DNA from: Pseudovirgaria hyperparasitica | Lineage: Eukaryota | NCBI GenBank assembly: GCA_010093815.1 | Contig: ML996571.1 | Length of the DNA: 64,000 nt | Direction: 5' to 3' (one strand) | Shown here: piece after piece, positions 24,549 to 36,458 of the stretch | Layout: the number at the start of each line of letters is the position of its first letter | Position numbering within the stretch: the stretch's first letter is position 1 | Position numbers and translations under genes: made by a program | The notes under the pieces: generated by a model | Databases searched by the model: none | Seen by the model: the letters and a program-made list of their open reading frames with translations, nothing else | What the model was told of the DNA's origin: nothing

Positions 24549-27500
24549 TCAAAGATGCCCGAAACTCTTGCCATCAAAGGTGCCTTCATCGCGCTTCACT
24601 TCATACTCCGGCATCTCACTTGCCTTAAGGTGCTGTGGCAGAATGTCGCGGCAGGTAATTGCAAATCGCCGAATGCCTTTGTTTTCTACGCTGTGTTCAT
24701 AGTACTCTTGAATAGCTTCGCCGTGCATGATGACGATATCACCATGGTTGAGGCAAAGCTTGATGATAGGCTTCGCGTTGGGTATCTTCTCTTTGGTCAA
24801 ACCAAGCTCTTCCGGAATCTCTGCCAAGCGATCTTGCACCACTTTACTGACAGCAGGCGTCTTGCGCGGGTTTTTCGATGCCGACGCAGGTGGAGGGTTC
24901 TCTTTGACAAGTCGCTCGAGCTCGGCATTTATAGCAAGGCGTTCTTCGTATTTAAAACAGCCTGGGATGGGAGCCATCGTTTGGTAGCGTCCGACTTCGC
25001 TCTTAAGCCCGCTGTAGTGCTTATACTTCATCCGAAGTGTCATGGAGCCAGGCGAGCCGAGTGACAGTGTGGCGATGGATGGTCCCAGACCGGTTTCTCC
25101 GTCGTCATGGTACGATATGTGCGAGCCTTCGAAGTAGCCAAGTACTAGAGATTCATTAAAGTCATTGTGATCTGCTTCTGGGAAGGCTTGCTTCATAGCC
25201 CAATTTAGCAGTGTACGAGAGTTCCGGACGGCGGTCGGTGCAGCATCAAACGATAAGTTTGTCGCCTTGCCATCGAATTTGTATGGCATGCCATAGTTGA
25301 CCGAGAACTGTGCGCAGAGAGTTCCTCCTTTCTGCAATCCTTTGCTCAGTGTGCGGCGTTCTAGAACCAAAGCTTTATGTTGCATCTCATCGAACATATG
25401 GTCAGCACCGGCATCCATGGCATTTGCAGCTGTGTTTGCTTTGAAGTGTGCAATCTGCCCACCATCAGTACCAGGAATTGTCAAGATACTGACTTCATAG
25501 TTGCCAATCGTCCGTGTCTTCTGGAGTACGGCACTATTTATCTTGTTCGGGAACACGATTTGGCTGGTTGACAAGCTTTTAGCATTCAAGATCGTGGTCC
25601 TCAAACTGTATGTGAGCCCACAGCCATCGTTGTGGCATTCCCAGGTTGTCCACTTAATTCGGGAGTTACACATACCACAGCGCGGACAAACGAATCCCTT
25701 CCAGGCATCCTTAGATGTATCCCTTCCGGACATGTCACCTTCCTCAATCGTCATCAACGCTGGGCGTAGAGGAGGAAGAGCCTTACTGCTGGTGTCCCAA
25801 GCGGTGTACTGGTGCAAGAAACGTTTGTCATAGACCAGCTCACTCTCGTTGGGCTCGGCACCATTGGGCAATCTCCAGAAATTGGCACAAACAGCTTGAA
25901 GGCACATCCACCCCTGAACGTAGATCCGCAAGCTTAGATCTCCGCACATTGGACATTTCTTTTTTACAGCGGGTCCGTCGCCTCCCAGTCTGCTCTGTGA
26001 TTGTCCTTTTGTACCCCACCATGATTCAGCGAGGGGATCGAAGACCTCGAATCGGTATCTCCAAATGACGAGGCCATCACTCTTCTCAGTCCACGCATGG
26101 GTGGGCTTGAAATATCCCAGTACATTGTAGTTATGAGGAAGTGATGCAGGCGCCTTTTTTGCATTGATACCAAGGGTGATCACGACGGCAATCTGCGCTC
26201 TGATATTGTGCTCGACAGCTTTAACACGGCAATCCCGGGGACGGTCTGCTGTTAAGACCATTTCGCCAGAATTCTTGTCGGGCTTTAAGCCACCTCCAGC
26301 TCGGGAGATGATGACGGCATCATCAATATAATCCCTTACGTGGTCATTACCGTCGAACATGAAGCCAAAAGCTGTCCCTTTAGAAGTGTATGTACCACCT
26401 TGATGGGCTCGAAAGTATGGAACGGCTGAACAGAGATCTTGCCTTCCATTGGCCCAGACAGGTGGTGAGCCTCTTGGTTCGGGCTTTGCTTGAGGAATTG
26501 TGACAGATGATGCGGGCACTAGGCGTTTTGAACCTCTCTTCTTCGCAGGAGGTTTCTCCTTTGATGGCTTCGATTTCTTCTGCCGCTGCTTTGATCCCAT
26601 TGCACAGTCAGAATCTACGTCTCCGTAGAAATCGCTGTCACTAATTACAGACCAGTCTAGAGCTATTGGTGTACCGTGAGCTTGTGAACTGACAATTGTC
26701 TTGGTGGTCTTCGGAATCTCTTTCTTCCAGATAGAAGCTTGCTTTTTGGACCCAACAAATTTCGTAGACGCTTTGCGTTTTCTCTTCTGTTGAACTGGTG
26801 TTTTCTCCACCACAATTTCGAGATCGCTTGGAACGTTGTCACTTAGGCCTGATGGCCATGGCGACAGGGACGAGCTCATCGCCCGGGACCTCTGTTGAAC
26901 CGATGTTTTCTTCACCTCGATTTCAAGATCGCTGGGGACATTGTCACTCAAATCCGATGGCCATGGCGAAAGGGGCGGACTCATCACTTGAGACCTATCT
27001 ATAACAGGGCTCATCACTTGAGACCTATCTATGACAGGGCTCATCACTTGAGACCTATCTATAACAGGCTCTTTCGTCATATTCTCCTTTCGTTTCGCAG
27101 ATCTAAGGATGCTCTTGTTGATAGCTGGTACGAATTCAAGAGAAGTGTTTTGCTGGGTAGAATTAGATCCATTCGACGACAAGGATGAGAGGAGAAGACT
27201 TACTAGCGGTTCATCAAGCTGAGAAGTACTGGCAACGAGGTCTTGTGCTACTGAGGATTGCCGAATCGTTTCATCGGCAGTGAAATTGAGGTTCTCTGCA
27301 AGAGGGTCTTGCCCGAGAGCGGGCTTTCCAGGTTGCTCTCCATTCTCTCCGTGTTCCATTAGTATAAGAGACGTGGATATAGTGGCTGAGTTTGGGTTCC
27401 TGCAAAAACTAGAGCTAAAGACACTGCTCTGCGGCGTTGAATCTGATGATGACGTGGCACTTTGTGTGGCTCGAGAGTTGTCAGATACCGCCGGAGCCTT

Positions 27501-27707
27501 GTTTCTTGTTGCAGTTAAAGGAGTGGAGTAAGAAGCACAAGACTTTGTCGCTACTCTCCCAGAACGACGAAACTGTGGACCGCTTTCCAAAAGCTTCGTA
27601 TCATGCGAATTATCTGGTATTTCATGGTATGCTATCAGAATCTCTCGTCTTTCTGTGGGTGTAAAATTGCTCAACGATAGTAACATACGGATATTTTGTT
27701 CAGTCAT
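24549..27707 (-). CDS. AlkB-family 2OG-Fe(II) dioxygenase with upstream SRA/YDG-like domain and two Cys clusters (1052 aa, intronless ORF)
   Basis: HDDGE (HxD), IATLSLG, LNHGDIVIMHG..EHSV, RFAITCR (Rx5R). SRA-like segment RDYIDDAVIISRAGGG..AVVITLG..YNVLGYFKPTHAWTEK..VIWRYRFE. Cys clusters CPMC..WMCLQAVC and CPRC..WECHNDGC. Confidence 0.85.
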   Translation of the reverse strand: MTEQNIRMLLSLSNFTPTERREILIAYHEIPDNSHDTKLLESGPQFRRSGRVATKSCASYSTPLTATRNKAPAVSDNSRATQSATSSSDSTPQSSVFSSSFCRNPNSATISTSLILMEHGENGEQPGKPALGQDPLAENLNFTADETIRQSSVAQDLVASTSQLDEPLVSLLLSSLSSNGSNSTQQNTSLEFVPAINKSILRSAKRKENMTKEPVIDRSQVMSPVIDRSQVMSPVIDRSQVMSPPLSPWPSDLSDNVPSDLEIEVKKTSVQQRSRAMSSSLSPWPSGLSDNVPSDLEIVVEKTPVQQKRKRKASTKFVGSKKQASIWKKEIPKTTKTIVSSQAHGTPIALDWSVISDSDFYGDVDSDCAMGSKQRQKKSKPSKEKPPAKKRGSKRLVPASSVTIPQAKPEPRGSPPVWANGRQDLCSAVPYFRAHQGGTYTSKGTAFGFMFDGNDHVRDYIDDAVIISRAGGGLKPDKNSGEMVLTADRPRDCRVKAVEHNIRAQIAVVITLGINAKKAPASLPHNYNVLGYFKPTHAWTEKSDGLVIWRYRFEVFDPLAESWWGTKGQSQSRLGGDGPAVKKKCPMCGDLSLRIYVQGWMCLQAVCANFWRLPNGAEPNESELVYDKRFLHQYTAWDTSSKALPPLRPALMTIEEGDMSGRDTSKDAWKGFVCPRCGMCNSRIKWTTWECHNDGCGLTYSLRTTILNAKSLSTSQIVFPNKINSAVLQKTRTIGNYEVSILTIPGTDGGQIAHFKANTAANAMDAGADHMFDEMQHKALVLERRTLSKGLQKGGTLCAQFSVNYGMPYKFDGKATNLSFDAAPTAVRNSRTLLNWAMKQAFPEADHNDFNESLVLGYFEGSHISYHDDGETGLGPSIATLSLGSPGSMTLRMKYKHYSGLKSEVGRYQTMAPIPGCFKYEERLAINAELERLVKENPPPASASKNPRKTPAVSKVVQDRLAEIPEELGLTKEKIPNAKPIIKLCLNHGDIVIMHGEAIQEYYEHSVENKGIRRFAITCRDILPQHLKASEMPEYEVKRDEGTFDGKSFGHL
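26787..26973. repeat. Two diverged copies (105-nt spacing) of a coding repeat, LSPWPS(D/G)LSDNVPSDLEI(E/V)V(K/E)KT(S/P)VQQ
   Basis: Visible in both DNA and translation of the 1052-aa ORF. Confidence 0.85.
26980..27068. repeat. Three near-identical 30-bp coding tandem repeats (PVIDRSQVMS x3)
   Basis: ctcatcacttgagacctatctat(a/g)acagg repeated three times. Confidence 0.95.
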
Positions 27708-30700
27708 TTTTGCTAAGGAGAAGTTGGCATGACTGTGCAGAATTGAATATTTGAGAGGAAATGATGGAGAGTTTGACGTTTGTCTAAGTGCAAGGAAAAG
27801 AAGATCTTGAACAGCAGGTAGATTGATCAGGTTTCTGACGCTCGAACGTGGAAGATAGCGTTCAAAGGTCGCAGAAATGTGTAGAAACTCAAAGTGGAGA
27901 TCACCAGATGAGAGACAGAACCCAAAGGCAAGGTCGGTGTGCGGCTTGGAAATTTCCGCGCCTCTGTTTCAACCTGAGAGGCGTGAAGCAGTCGGCAAAA
28001 CTCGGACTCGGGCGAGTAACACAACACGGAATTCTGTTATTTCGATTGAAGCCGTCAAACGCCTCCTTCGACTAGACTTGTGCGGTAGAGACAGCTGTGA
28101 AGCATTGAACAACAGGTCTGACACAAGCAAGGTTGCAAGCGAGAAAAGGCTGAGAGCATCGCTTGAGGTATCGCCAAAACGACCTAATTCATTAGTCCAT
28201 GAAACCGTGAGCTTCGTTTGGGGTTGTCAAAGATAGCTTAGGTAGATGAAGCTCAATGGATCCGGATTTACGGACGCTTCTTGCCGATCACTTGGACCCT
28301 TGTTAGCCATTCCTTCACTGATCACGCAAAGTCGCCCAAATCACTTTCCATCACCTTTACTATCGTGATTATATATACAATAGATCACCAGTTCTTGTTT
28401 CCTCTACACTACTACGAGTCTAATGACTCTCCAAGATACCCTATCCCTTCGTTCTATAGCGCGCAACTTCGCTTGGGAGACCTGAAGCACACTGAGAAGC
28501 AATTGAGCCATGTTTGGCTCTCAGGGTTTAATTCTACTGGCTTTGGGATATGTAGCTGCCAGTAATGGTATACGTAATGGTTCCAAGTTGTTCCAGACGC
28601 ACCCATACTAGAACAGGCCCCGATCTATGTTCGAACGTCGTCAACGGTGTGGGACCTGGACCAGCTGCAACGTCAACACTCAGCTAACTCATCTCATTGA
28701 GCTGGTCTCTCACTTCACCGGCAAGTGATCAGACTCCTTACATGGGGCTTGAGCGTCTATTGAGAGCTCGGTTCCCGCCTCGTTTTTCCGATGCTGACAC
28801 AATTATCATGATAACTGTCCCAGTTATCACGTCTTCACGCTCTTTCAGGGAATGTAGCAATGAAGGATGAGTCTTTTCAGCCTTCTGCTAACCCGAATGG
28901 TCACAAAATTGTACTTGCCTTCTGTAGAGTACTGCATATTCTCCAACTTCTGGGTGCTCATAATGACACGTCGCTGTCATATATGAGCAAGAGATTCGTC
29001 AACTTTAATCCTAGCGGGTCATTAAACAATCCCTCTACTTCTTACGAGTACCATTAATACCTTAAACTTTCTAGAAGCTCCAATTTCCTCTCCAAGGACC
29101 TTGTCAGCAAAGTTAGGCTATGCTGTCACTGCTCCGTTTGCTAAGGTCTTGATGTTTCACAAGAAAAGATCATAGGGCATAGCTGCCTAGGCTATCCCTT
29201 GATCATAGACCTGGTGAAGGCGCCTTTGCAGGTCCTATAGTAGTCTAGTCTCGATGTACAATAACAAGTGAGTTTTCACCGACTAACTAGCGATTCGATG
29301 GGCTACCGTGATCATTCAATCCTCACCAGAGACCGACCTTCATACTTAGGTTTGTATATGTTCATGGTATTTCTGTATTAGAGAGTGTTCTGGTTCAGGT
29401 CTTTCATGACTTATCTATGTGCTCAATCCTCCCTCCTTCGAGGTGGAGCTACATAGATCTTTTTGAACAGGAACTGTACTATTTTGGTAAGGTTTTGCGT
29501 GTGTTTAATCATTTCATTCACAATTGCAGCCTTGGACAAGATGCTGGTGGGTGCGCTTCACTTCTCTTGTGGAGGACGACAACTGATCTCACAATCTTAT
29601 AGATACACCAGAAAGATAGGTTGTATCCAGCCCCAATTGTGTCTATGCTGCACTGCTTCACTAGACGAGTGTACTCAACCACATGGTCGTCAGTCTGAAG
29701 CGGCCTGGAGGTTGACGGCGATCAGTCTGACACGGCTATATTGTCAGAAATTCTCAAGATTTTTACCTCTTGGTTTAGAATCCTATGCAACTTGTGTTAA
29801 GATACTGATATGAGATCTCAGGAACGTCGAAATGGAGGACAGGGCCCAAAAATCAGATAATGTGGCATAGATTTCATGATGGTAAGAGCGATTGCTGTCA
29901 GGTTTTGAGAAACTCAGGGCTGACAAATATAGCTATCATTGATTATCACAAGCATCGCAAGCATCACAACGACAAACATAACAAAGGCCTGATCAAACAG
30001 ATTGAGCAAGCGAATACGAGTCCTGCAGATGCAATGAGCTTCCTAGGAGACATTGCGGTTGGACTTCACGGCTAAATGGAATCACAACAAGCTTCGTACA
30101 TTGTCATTCGTGGAGCACACTGCCAACCTCCCTATGAGACAGATTCCGTACTCTCGGATACACTTATACAATCCGTCACGAATCAGTTTGAAACAGACAT
30201 ACCCAAGTATGAATATAACAATTTAGTACAACATATTGTAAAGAAAATAGTCAGATCGGGGCTTCTGATCAAGTAGGATGATGACAACGTACTGGATGGT
30301 GGTACCACAAGCTCCATGCGGGTCCTATCAGACAACTCAGAACGCGCTGGTGCGAAGGGCCTTGAGCAAATTGGAGAGTACAGAGGATGTCAATCAGGTT
30401 ATGGAGACATTGGAATGAATATGGTCACAGAAATAACACGAAAGAAGTAATTTTGATTTGTATACGCAGGGGAGGGTAGCCTGAGGAGCAGAATCAACAG
30501 ATGAAGTCGTACATAGAGAATTGATGAGTTGATCGAAGCAAAACGTTGTTACTTGGAATGGAAGCACATTTTGACATCCTGTGTCGTGTTAATTAATACA
30601 TGGAACATTTTGAGTGTACAATTTCCCCGGCAATGACTCAATACTGTGACCGGTGACGGGCGAAGAGGGATATATCTAAAATCATGAACCAGGAGACGAA

Positions 30701-31187
30701 CACAGATGAAACTGTTTCTGCCTGGTCGAGCGCGATCAGAAGTTTAAGGACGAAATGAACAGCCGATGCTATAGCAAACGGCAAAATGTCAATCGCATTG
30801 ATAACATCCATGAAAGAAGTCATGTCAACATTCTCTGAGTCCTACTATCGATCTCGATGACAAAGTACAACAGTCGATCATCCAATGGCGACAAGTAAGC
30901 TAGAACTAGCCACGATAAGGGATGCTTGTAGGCGAAAAAATACGTATAGCACTGATTATTGGTCACAGATGCAGTACTCTCTCTCGCTGATACTCGGAGA
31001 AAGGTCTAGTCAAAGCAAAGTTGCGGCCTCAGGCAATTTCTCGCACGTGTCGTTCAGCGCGCTACCACGTGAAGGTGGCGCAGACGTCACCCGCGTTCGA
31101 GACAATGACAGCTATACACTCCTCCCTTCTACCTCAGTCTTGTCGATTTTTGCATCCTTCCTACACCCACTCTGTCACGACATCACA

Positions 31188-32129
31188 ATGGCCGGTCCAA
31201 AGTATCAAAACGTCCCACAGCGCGACTCGTTCGACAACCCGCAGTACTCGCAAGCCCCGCCTTCGTATGAGCAGGCAGAGACCTCCACCAACGAGGCCCT
31301 CCTCGGAGGCGCTCCTCGTGGGGAGGATGACAACCTTCCCGACGACTTCAAGGTCAGTACAACATGCTGTCTCGAGCTCTCGTCTAGTATGCGAACGCTA
31401 ACGGATCGACACAGTTCGGCGGCGTCGTCAGCGAAGCAACGCTCGATATCCGCATGCAATTTGTTCGCAAAGTCTATGCCATTCTGTAAGCCTTAGCAGT
31501 CTTTCACTTCAGAGCGTGTCTCACGAAATTATAGCACCGTCCAGCTTCTCGCTACCGTCGCCCTGAGTGCCGTGTCTTTTGTCAGCCCTACATACAAAAA
31601 CTGGATCCAGAGTAATCAATGGATGATGTGGCTATCGCTCTTCGGAGCTATTGGCTTTATGCTGCTCACATTCTGGAAACGGAAGTCATACCCAACGAAC
31701 TTGCTGTTCCTCGGAGGATTTACGGCCCTCGAGGCATACTCGATCTCCGTCATTACGTCCTTTTACGATGCCAAGATCGTTCTCGAAGCCTTAATCTTCA
31801 CGGTCGCGATATTTGTCGCTTTGACGCTGTTCGCCTGCCAAACCAAATACGACTTTACCAACTGGATGCCTTACCTGTTCGGCGGCCTCTGGGTTTTGAT
31901 CATCTTTGGTTTCATGGCCGCATTTTTCCCGTACAACTCCAAGGTCGAGCTTGGCTACGGAGTTATTGCAGCTTTGATCTTCAGTGGATACATACTCGTC
32001 GACACCCAACTCATCATGCGTCATTATCACGTCGAAGAGGAAATTGCGGCTGCCATCTCTCTTTACCTGGATATCATCAATCTTTTCCTTGCTATTCTGC
32101 GCATTCTCAATAGCCAGAACAATAACTGA
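31188..32129 (+). CDS. BXI1: Bax inhibitor-1 / TMBIM (LFG/GAAP-like) family membrane protein; introns 31353-31414, 31486-31534
   Basis: DDNLPDDFKFGGVVSEATLDIRMQFVRKVYAIL, RKSYPTNLLFL, FACQTKYDF, YILVDTQLI, AAISLYLDIINLFLAILRIL. Confidence 0.93.
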
Positions 32130-34741
32130 TTCTAGCCGGGCTTTTCATCTTACGAGAGGGATGAATGGTAAGCATGGTACGTATCGCGGGTTGGCAACGA
32201 AGGTCGAATTGGCTGGATCGCTCTGGAGAATCCCAGTGCGTTGAATCTTATGTACCTGTTTCCTTCGAACCTTGATTAGCGTTGTAATGCGATATCTGCT
32301 CTCTGCTATTATTCTTGTTCAAATGCACACAAAACGCTTCACGAAAACAGTAGAACATGACAAATTGAAGAATCATTGGATCGTCTGACTATACGAAAGG
32401 GCAAAAGTACTCCTCAGCCCACGTGCACCTCCCATAAATTCATGTACTTGTGACAATGCAGCTGATATGTTGACGTTGTTAATATAAGAGCTACTACAGA
32501 AATCATAAATGCAAAGAGATCATCACTCGAGCCCATCGTACGCCAGCAAGACTCGCTTCCACTTATAGTTATTACCAGTAATGTAACATGATTTAGTACG
32601 AAATTAAGTTGCTTTACATAGGCAATGTTGACCTACCACTGCTGTAAGCCAAAGCAGCCTTGATTCCAAGGCTACTGGCGCGGGTACGATGACAGGTAGG
32701 AGAATGCCTCCACTGACACTTGATCACTGTCAAAATACCTTCATTCGCCATAAATGCACTGACATCACTAGATAATCCTGCAGCTTTTCATTAAATAACC
32801 AAAGCCACGAAGCCGCGCTGAGACAAAGCTCGTCGTTCGTGACTGGCGTGAGGGAAGGGAACAGGGCTTGACCCCTATTCTTGACCATATATCACGCTAG
32901 ACAGAATACACTGATAGAGAGTAGGACAAAAGGTTGTAATCTAAGTTGTGTTTGACCTTCAACAGTACTGAAGAGGCTGCATCCCATTTTGGTGATATGG
33001 TAGAAAGTACGCTTAAGAAATGGTCAAGTATTATGAGCTCTTGACACAGTACTTAGGCGATGTGTTCTGACACTTTCTTGGAGAGATAGAAGAGCGAGCC
33101 CGGATTGTGAGGTGCTCTATAGGTTCAAAGGGTGACTGGAAAGCTGATACAGTCTCACAGAAACTATAGTCTGGTCAAATTGGCTGGATACTTGGCCGTT
33201 GAACTGGAAAAGTGGTTGATTGGAGTCGTGCTCCCGTGTATCATAGCAGGGAGGTGATGGCGAAGATCATGGGTTCGATAAAGCTGAATATAACTTCGTC
33301 TCAGGTTTCAAGAGATCGAAGCTTCGATCAAGAGACAGATTCTGGGCAATGCTTGATGCTTGGGAAGCATGAAAAGATATCGCGCGGCCAAGACAAGGGG
33401 CTCGTGATATTCATCCGGACCCTGATTGTACTCTGATCAGCACAAGTTATCGGGCTATTTTTCTCAGACACTGATAACTGCTGCCTGCTACATGACTTAC
33501 ACATGCTCAGGCTTATTTCAATCGAAGCGCGCAGATCCTACATGCGCAATTCCTTAGTTCTGTGGTTCTAATAGCAAGGGCGAGCGGATGTTGAATAAAA
33601 GCATCATTCCAAACTGAGTACCATCTTGGGCGTATTGTTGTGTAATATTTCTCCATAGTTTCTCAGTAAGGTGAAATTTCTCGAAGCTACATGTCTTGAT
33701 TCCTACAGATTTTGAAGTTACCTCTGTCGCAATCGCCCGAGACCATCATCTTTATGTCTGACGACATGACGTAACATCAATTTCGATTATCATTGCTCCA
33801 TTCATAGTTTCTGGTGGGAGATAGCCTGTGGATTTTGTATTTACCTAGAAGGAGGAGGTCCAAGTCTACAAGATAAGGCTGTATGACATGAAGGCTGTTA
33901 ATAATTACTATTTGCCATCCCTACAGGGGCTAATACTAACTAATGATCAATATTGAACACGATAAGCTTGCCAATGCATTATGGAGTTTATGAGCGCTCA
34001 GTACAGGTCGTAAGATGTATTCTTATGTTCATCGAGTCCATGTTCTAATTTTCATTCCTGGAGTTCTTCAGAGCTGTCTCCAGTACTAGGTTCACTCCGT
34101 GTGACACTCGTTTGTCCAGCATATTATTGAAACTACAACCCATCCTCTTACGAGATAATGGAAGCATGATGAAGCTCAGGACCTCTCGGTACACATGTTT
34201 GATAGCTGGTATATAGGGACAGATACGTCTCATTGCCGAGTCAAATTTTCCGTCACCTTATAGCCGTCAGGGTCATGACATTCAAGATAGAAAGCGAATT
34301 CAGTAAACTACAGATCTCTTTCCGCAACCATCACTTATTGTAACAGGCCAAGCTCAACGTTCGTGTGTGTCAGTTGTTCCAACGCTGGGTCGATCTTCAA
34401 GCATGACTTTGCATACTCGTCAAGATCTCATGAGAACGTAATGTTAGCCAAACGTCATGCCACAAATTGGCCTATATTAGCGACTCAAAACAGCACTGGA
34501 TTCCTCCATGGTAATCCTCCATGGTAATTTTTCAATCACAACGGCAGAGATGACATACACTAGATTGAGATATATCAGTGCCGCTCTGGTATCGACAGGA
34601 CGAGATATAGAAACTTGAGCCGGGTAACTGGCTTATGAGTATTGTATTCGAAAGCCCTCGTATTGGAGGAAATTTATGCTTTTCCAAGGTTTGATGTATC
34701 TCAACATCAACTCCAGTGGACTTTGATGATGTTGTGTAGCA

Positions 34742-35240
34742 CTACCTAATACAATATATCTGCGGGAAATTTGAAGCTTCCTGCTTTGCAAAGCAATTAA
34801 GCTGACCACTTTCATCTTCGATCGGAAGCCGTATTCCGGCGACTCCATAATCGTCTGCCTCCCCCAAGTAGCTATAAATAATCTCGAGCACCCCCACCGG
34901 TCCATTGATCCCAGGAAGAATGATTTCCTCATAGCACTCGATTCCAGTACCTATGAATCTCCTGGCTTTATTCTCGGAACTCAGAGTAAAGTAATCTCTA
35001 TCTCTCGGGAAATGGTAGCCCTGTCCCTTCTTCGGTAATCTTCACTGGCTCCACCTTCATTGGTTCGTCGGAGCTGAAGCTCAGTTAGTCGATAGCGCTA
35101 TGGTCGTGGATAGACTGGACTGTGCTGAAATCCACTTACCAATCCCTTTTCTTATAGGCAAGCACTGTATCATTGCCCTCAGCGACGGTAGTGCGTGCTA
35201 CTGCAGCAAGAAGCACAGTGAGGGATAAGATGTACATCAT
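34742..35240 (-). pseudogene. Small secreted Cys protein gene with an apparent +1 frameshift (exon 1 35240-35140, intron 35139-35074)
   Basis: Signal-like MMYILSLTVLLAAVARTTVA; intron GTAAGT..GACTAAC..CAG. The spliced frame stops at TAG 35000-34998, but the +1 frame continues FPRDRDYFTLSS...NCFAKQEASNFPQIYCIR*, resembling the gene at 36459. Confidence 0.65.
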
Positions 35241-36458
35241 CTCTTCGTAAATTGCTATTTGATACTAGTGTACTCTGTCGATCTTATGTCAGAATTATCC
35301 GCTAGTTGTTATTTGTGGCCAAAGATGTGGTAGCGATGTCTAGCATGATTTTAGGAGGCAATCACCGCCATTTCCTCCTTATACATTACTGTTATGATCT
35401 CATACTAGGCAGTACTTGTTCAGTGATGCGAGGAACAAAGCACTGCGTTGTTCCCAGTGTTTGAAAGCTCACAGAGTCAACAAAGAAGTTCAGCTGAGCG
35501 TTTGTTGTGCCTTGGGCTCGGCATGTCATCATCATAATGCATAGTCTCATTGTTCACTTCTGGTCACAAAGCTTATGTATAGTAGAAGCTACCTTTGTCA
35601 GGGACCCGGATCCACCTGTAACAGTGCTGTCAGCACGAGTGTCTTCTCAAGATAAAGCAGTGTGAGAGTCTGATTGGGGTAAACTTGCACGAATTTCTCA
35701 TGTTCAAGTCACCATTGACCCCAATATATAAAACGTCTCCTGACACAGTAACATGGTCCTTGCATGCATGAATTGGCGAGCTTTCGGAAAATTATTCTCC
35801 GATTTCCCTGTTGATTAGTCCTGGGCCTCCGCTTCTATTGCACGCAAAAAAGAACTTGGGGATCGTTACGACTACCTAAGCTAAGACTGGTAAGGAATGT
35901 ATCATATTGTCCCTAGTAAAATCGCTTATAGATTGTACACTCGCTCTTCTTGGCCAATACATGATGACAACACATTGAACAGAGCGAACCGCCTATTTTA
36001 AGGCGGTGTGTTTCAACGAAGTCGCGTTTAGGATTAGAATCTCCGAATGAGACTGTGAAGGTGACGTTAGGTTCCCTTCGACTGTATCCATACATAGACA
36101 TCTCAGCCATAGAGGACATTAACGGGAAGGTCGTATTAGATCAAGCTGTCACACGACTGCTCATGTGCGACCTGTCTCAAGTAATGATATACTGACGACG
36201 GCTTGAAAGTATCAGGGTGACGCAAACGGCATTCAATATGAGCGGCTAGAAGTACATAAAAGCACGATCTTACTGATTCTTTGCTGCGCCTCTCATCACT
36301 CTTCTTACGCTGATTCTCCAATTTCTGACTTCTGACTTCTGACTTAACATCACTTTGGAAGACAAGTACACGAAGTACTTGATCGACTGGAATCACACAC
36401 ACATACGGAGGGGAACACTCACCTAATACCCCTTACATACGGACCAAAGATCAACAAC

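Noticed and set aside
30885..31187. Upstream in-frame extension of the BXI1 first-exon ORF
   Set aside because: The ATG at 31188 has a good context (CACAATGG) and begins the family-typical N-terminus; the extension looks like promoter/UTR.
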